The notes under the pieces were generated by a model that made no database searches, had not been told where the DNA came from, and worked only from the letters and a program-made list of their open reading frames with translations. From a virus (Duplodnaviria > Caudoviricetes): a stretch of DNA of 64,000 nt. The stretch is taken from IMG/VR virus record IMGVR_UViG_3300028833_000053. One strand, written 5' to 3'. Position 1 is the stretch's first letter, and the number at the start of each line of letters is the position of its first letter. This document shows positions 63,164 through 64,000 of this stretch, piece after piece. Made by a program: the position numbers and the translations under genes.

Positions 63164-64000
63164 TTATACCCCTTCTTTGGGGTTTTGTAAAGTTGGCTTT
63201 CTGAACACCATCAGTTTTTCGTTGCTTGCCGACATTCCCTATGTCTTGGTGGAATTCGCCCCCGTTCTTCTTGTGACGTGCAAATCCTCTTCGCAAAGGA
63301 ATTCAAGTCCCGTTTCCTTGCAAAGTCTCATGGCATCGTCATACATCTTCAACCGGCCCATGTTCTTTATGTTCAAGATGAACTTGCCACCTGGAATCAG
63401 GTATTCCTTGCAGTTCATTATTGTTGGCCGCATATACCCTTCAAGCCAAGCGTTGTATTCTGGGTACTTTGTTGTGGAAGTGTTGTCACCGTTGTATATC
63501 TCAACGTCAAAGTATGGGGGTGAGGACATGCAAAGCCCGAACTGGTTTTTCCATTCCTCCTGTAGAATCTCGCTGGGTTGGGCGCGGACATCCACTTTCA
63601 AGTCAAATCCCATGGTGGAATTGAAATCCCTTCCACATTCATTCAGTTTTTCCACAAGCCTGGGGTTTGTGTCAACGCCTGTGTAGTCAAGTTTGTTGCA
63701 AAGCGCGGCCAACAATCTGTTTCCCCATCCACAGGCATAGTCAAAGACCTTTCCATTCACGTTGTGGCGTTCGTACAGATGATAAGCCTCCCCAAAGGCG
63801 AACTGGCTTGGAATCCCGAAGTTCTTGAACAACCTTCCAATGTCCCATCCCCATTTCGCAAGGCGTTTGTTCAAGTCGGGGCCGGGTTCAAGGTGCTTGC
63901 CGAAATATCGGAACGTCATTCTCATCAATATGTCATAGGCTTCCTTGCTTTCAACTATGTCATAAAAGGGTCTTCCAGTTTTTACCCTTGCCTTTGTGCG
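63164..64000 (-). CDS. DNA amino-methyltransferase paralog, 5'-partial (one TAG=Gln)
   Basis: 'FDYACGWGNRL', 'MSSPPYF'; reading through TAG 63239 restores 'SNEKLMVFRKP', matching the paralog end 'NDERMHVLRKP'. Confidence 0.85.

Noticed and set aside
1-64000. Suppressor tRNA-CUA or other tRNA/rRNA genes
   Set aside because: No cloverleaf recognised by eye in the intergenic gaps; tRNAscan-SE/ARAGORN on the full genome is needed.

Overview
A 64 kb segment of a large T4-like (myovirus, probably jumbo) phage genome that appears to use genetic code 15 (TAG = Gln). Reading TAG as Gln joins many of the code-11 ORF fragments into long genes. I counted 38 in-frame TAGs in 16 genes, and every gene I called ends in TAA or TGA. 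Replication/recombination genes: gp47-like nuclease, gp61 primase, UvsX, gp32, UvsY and a possible gp59. Virion genes: gp5-like hub, a ~1914-aa tape-measure-like protein, two tail-sheath paralogs, gp13 neck, a baseplate wedge-like protein and fibre/adhesin-like proteins. Accessory genes: LpxR-like lipid A deacylase, IF-1, two DNA methyltransferases, HD and metallophosphoesterase genes, and a four-enzyme NAD+ operon (PRS/Adps-like, NAMPT/Namat-like, PncA, NadE). Two promoter classes are visible: sigma70-like TTGACA-N17-TATACT/TATAAT and a T4-late-like GTAAATA. Most interesting: (i) a late-expressed cluster (28.5-38.4 kb) of modular proteins whose domains are separated by prohead-protease-like xNE/xxE sites, including a ~1599-aa chain of three pol-beta-type nucleotidyltransferases, an RNA-ligase-like domain and a HIGH-family transferase; (ii) a RuvC-inactivated TnpB-like protein followed by a structured, repeat-containing non-coding region. 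All family assignments come from motif recognition by eye, not database searches.
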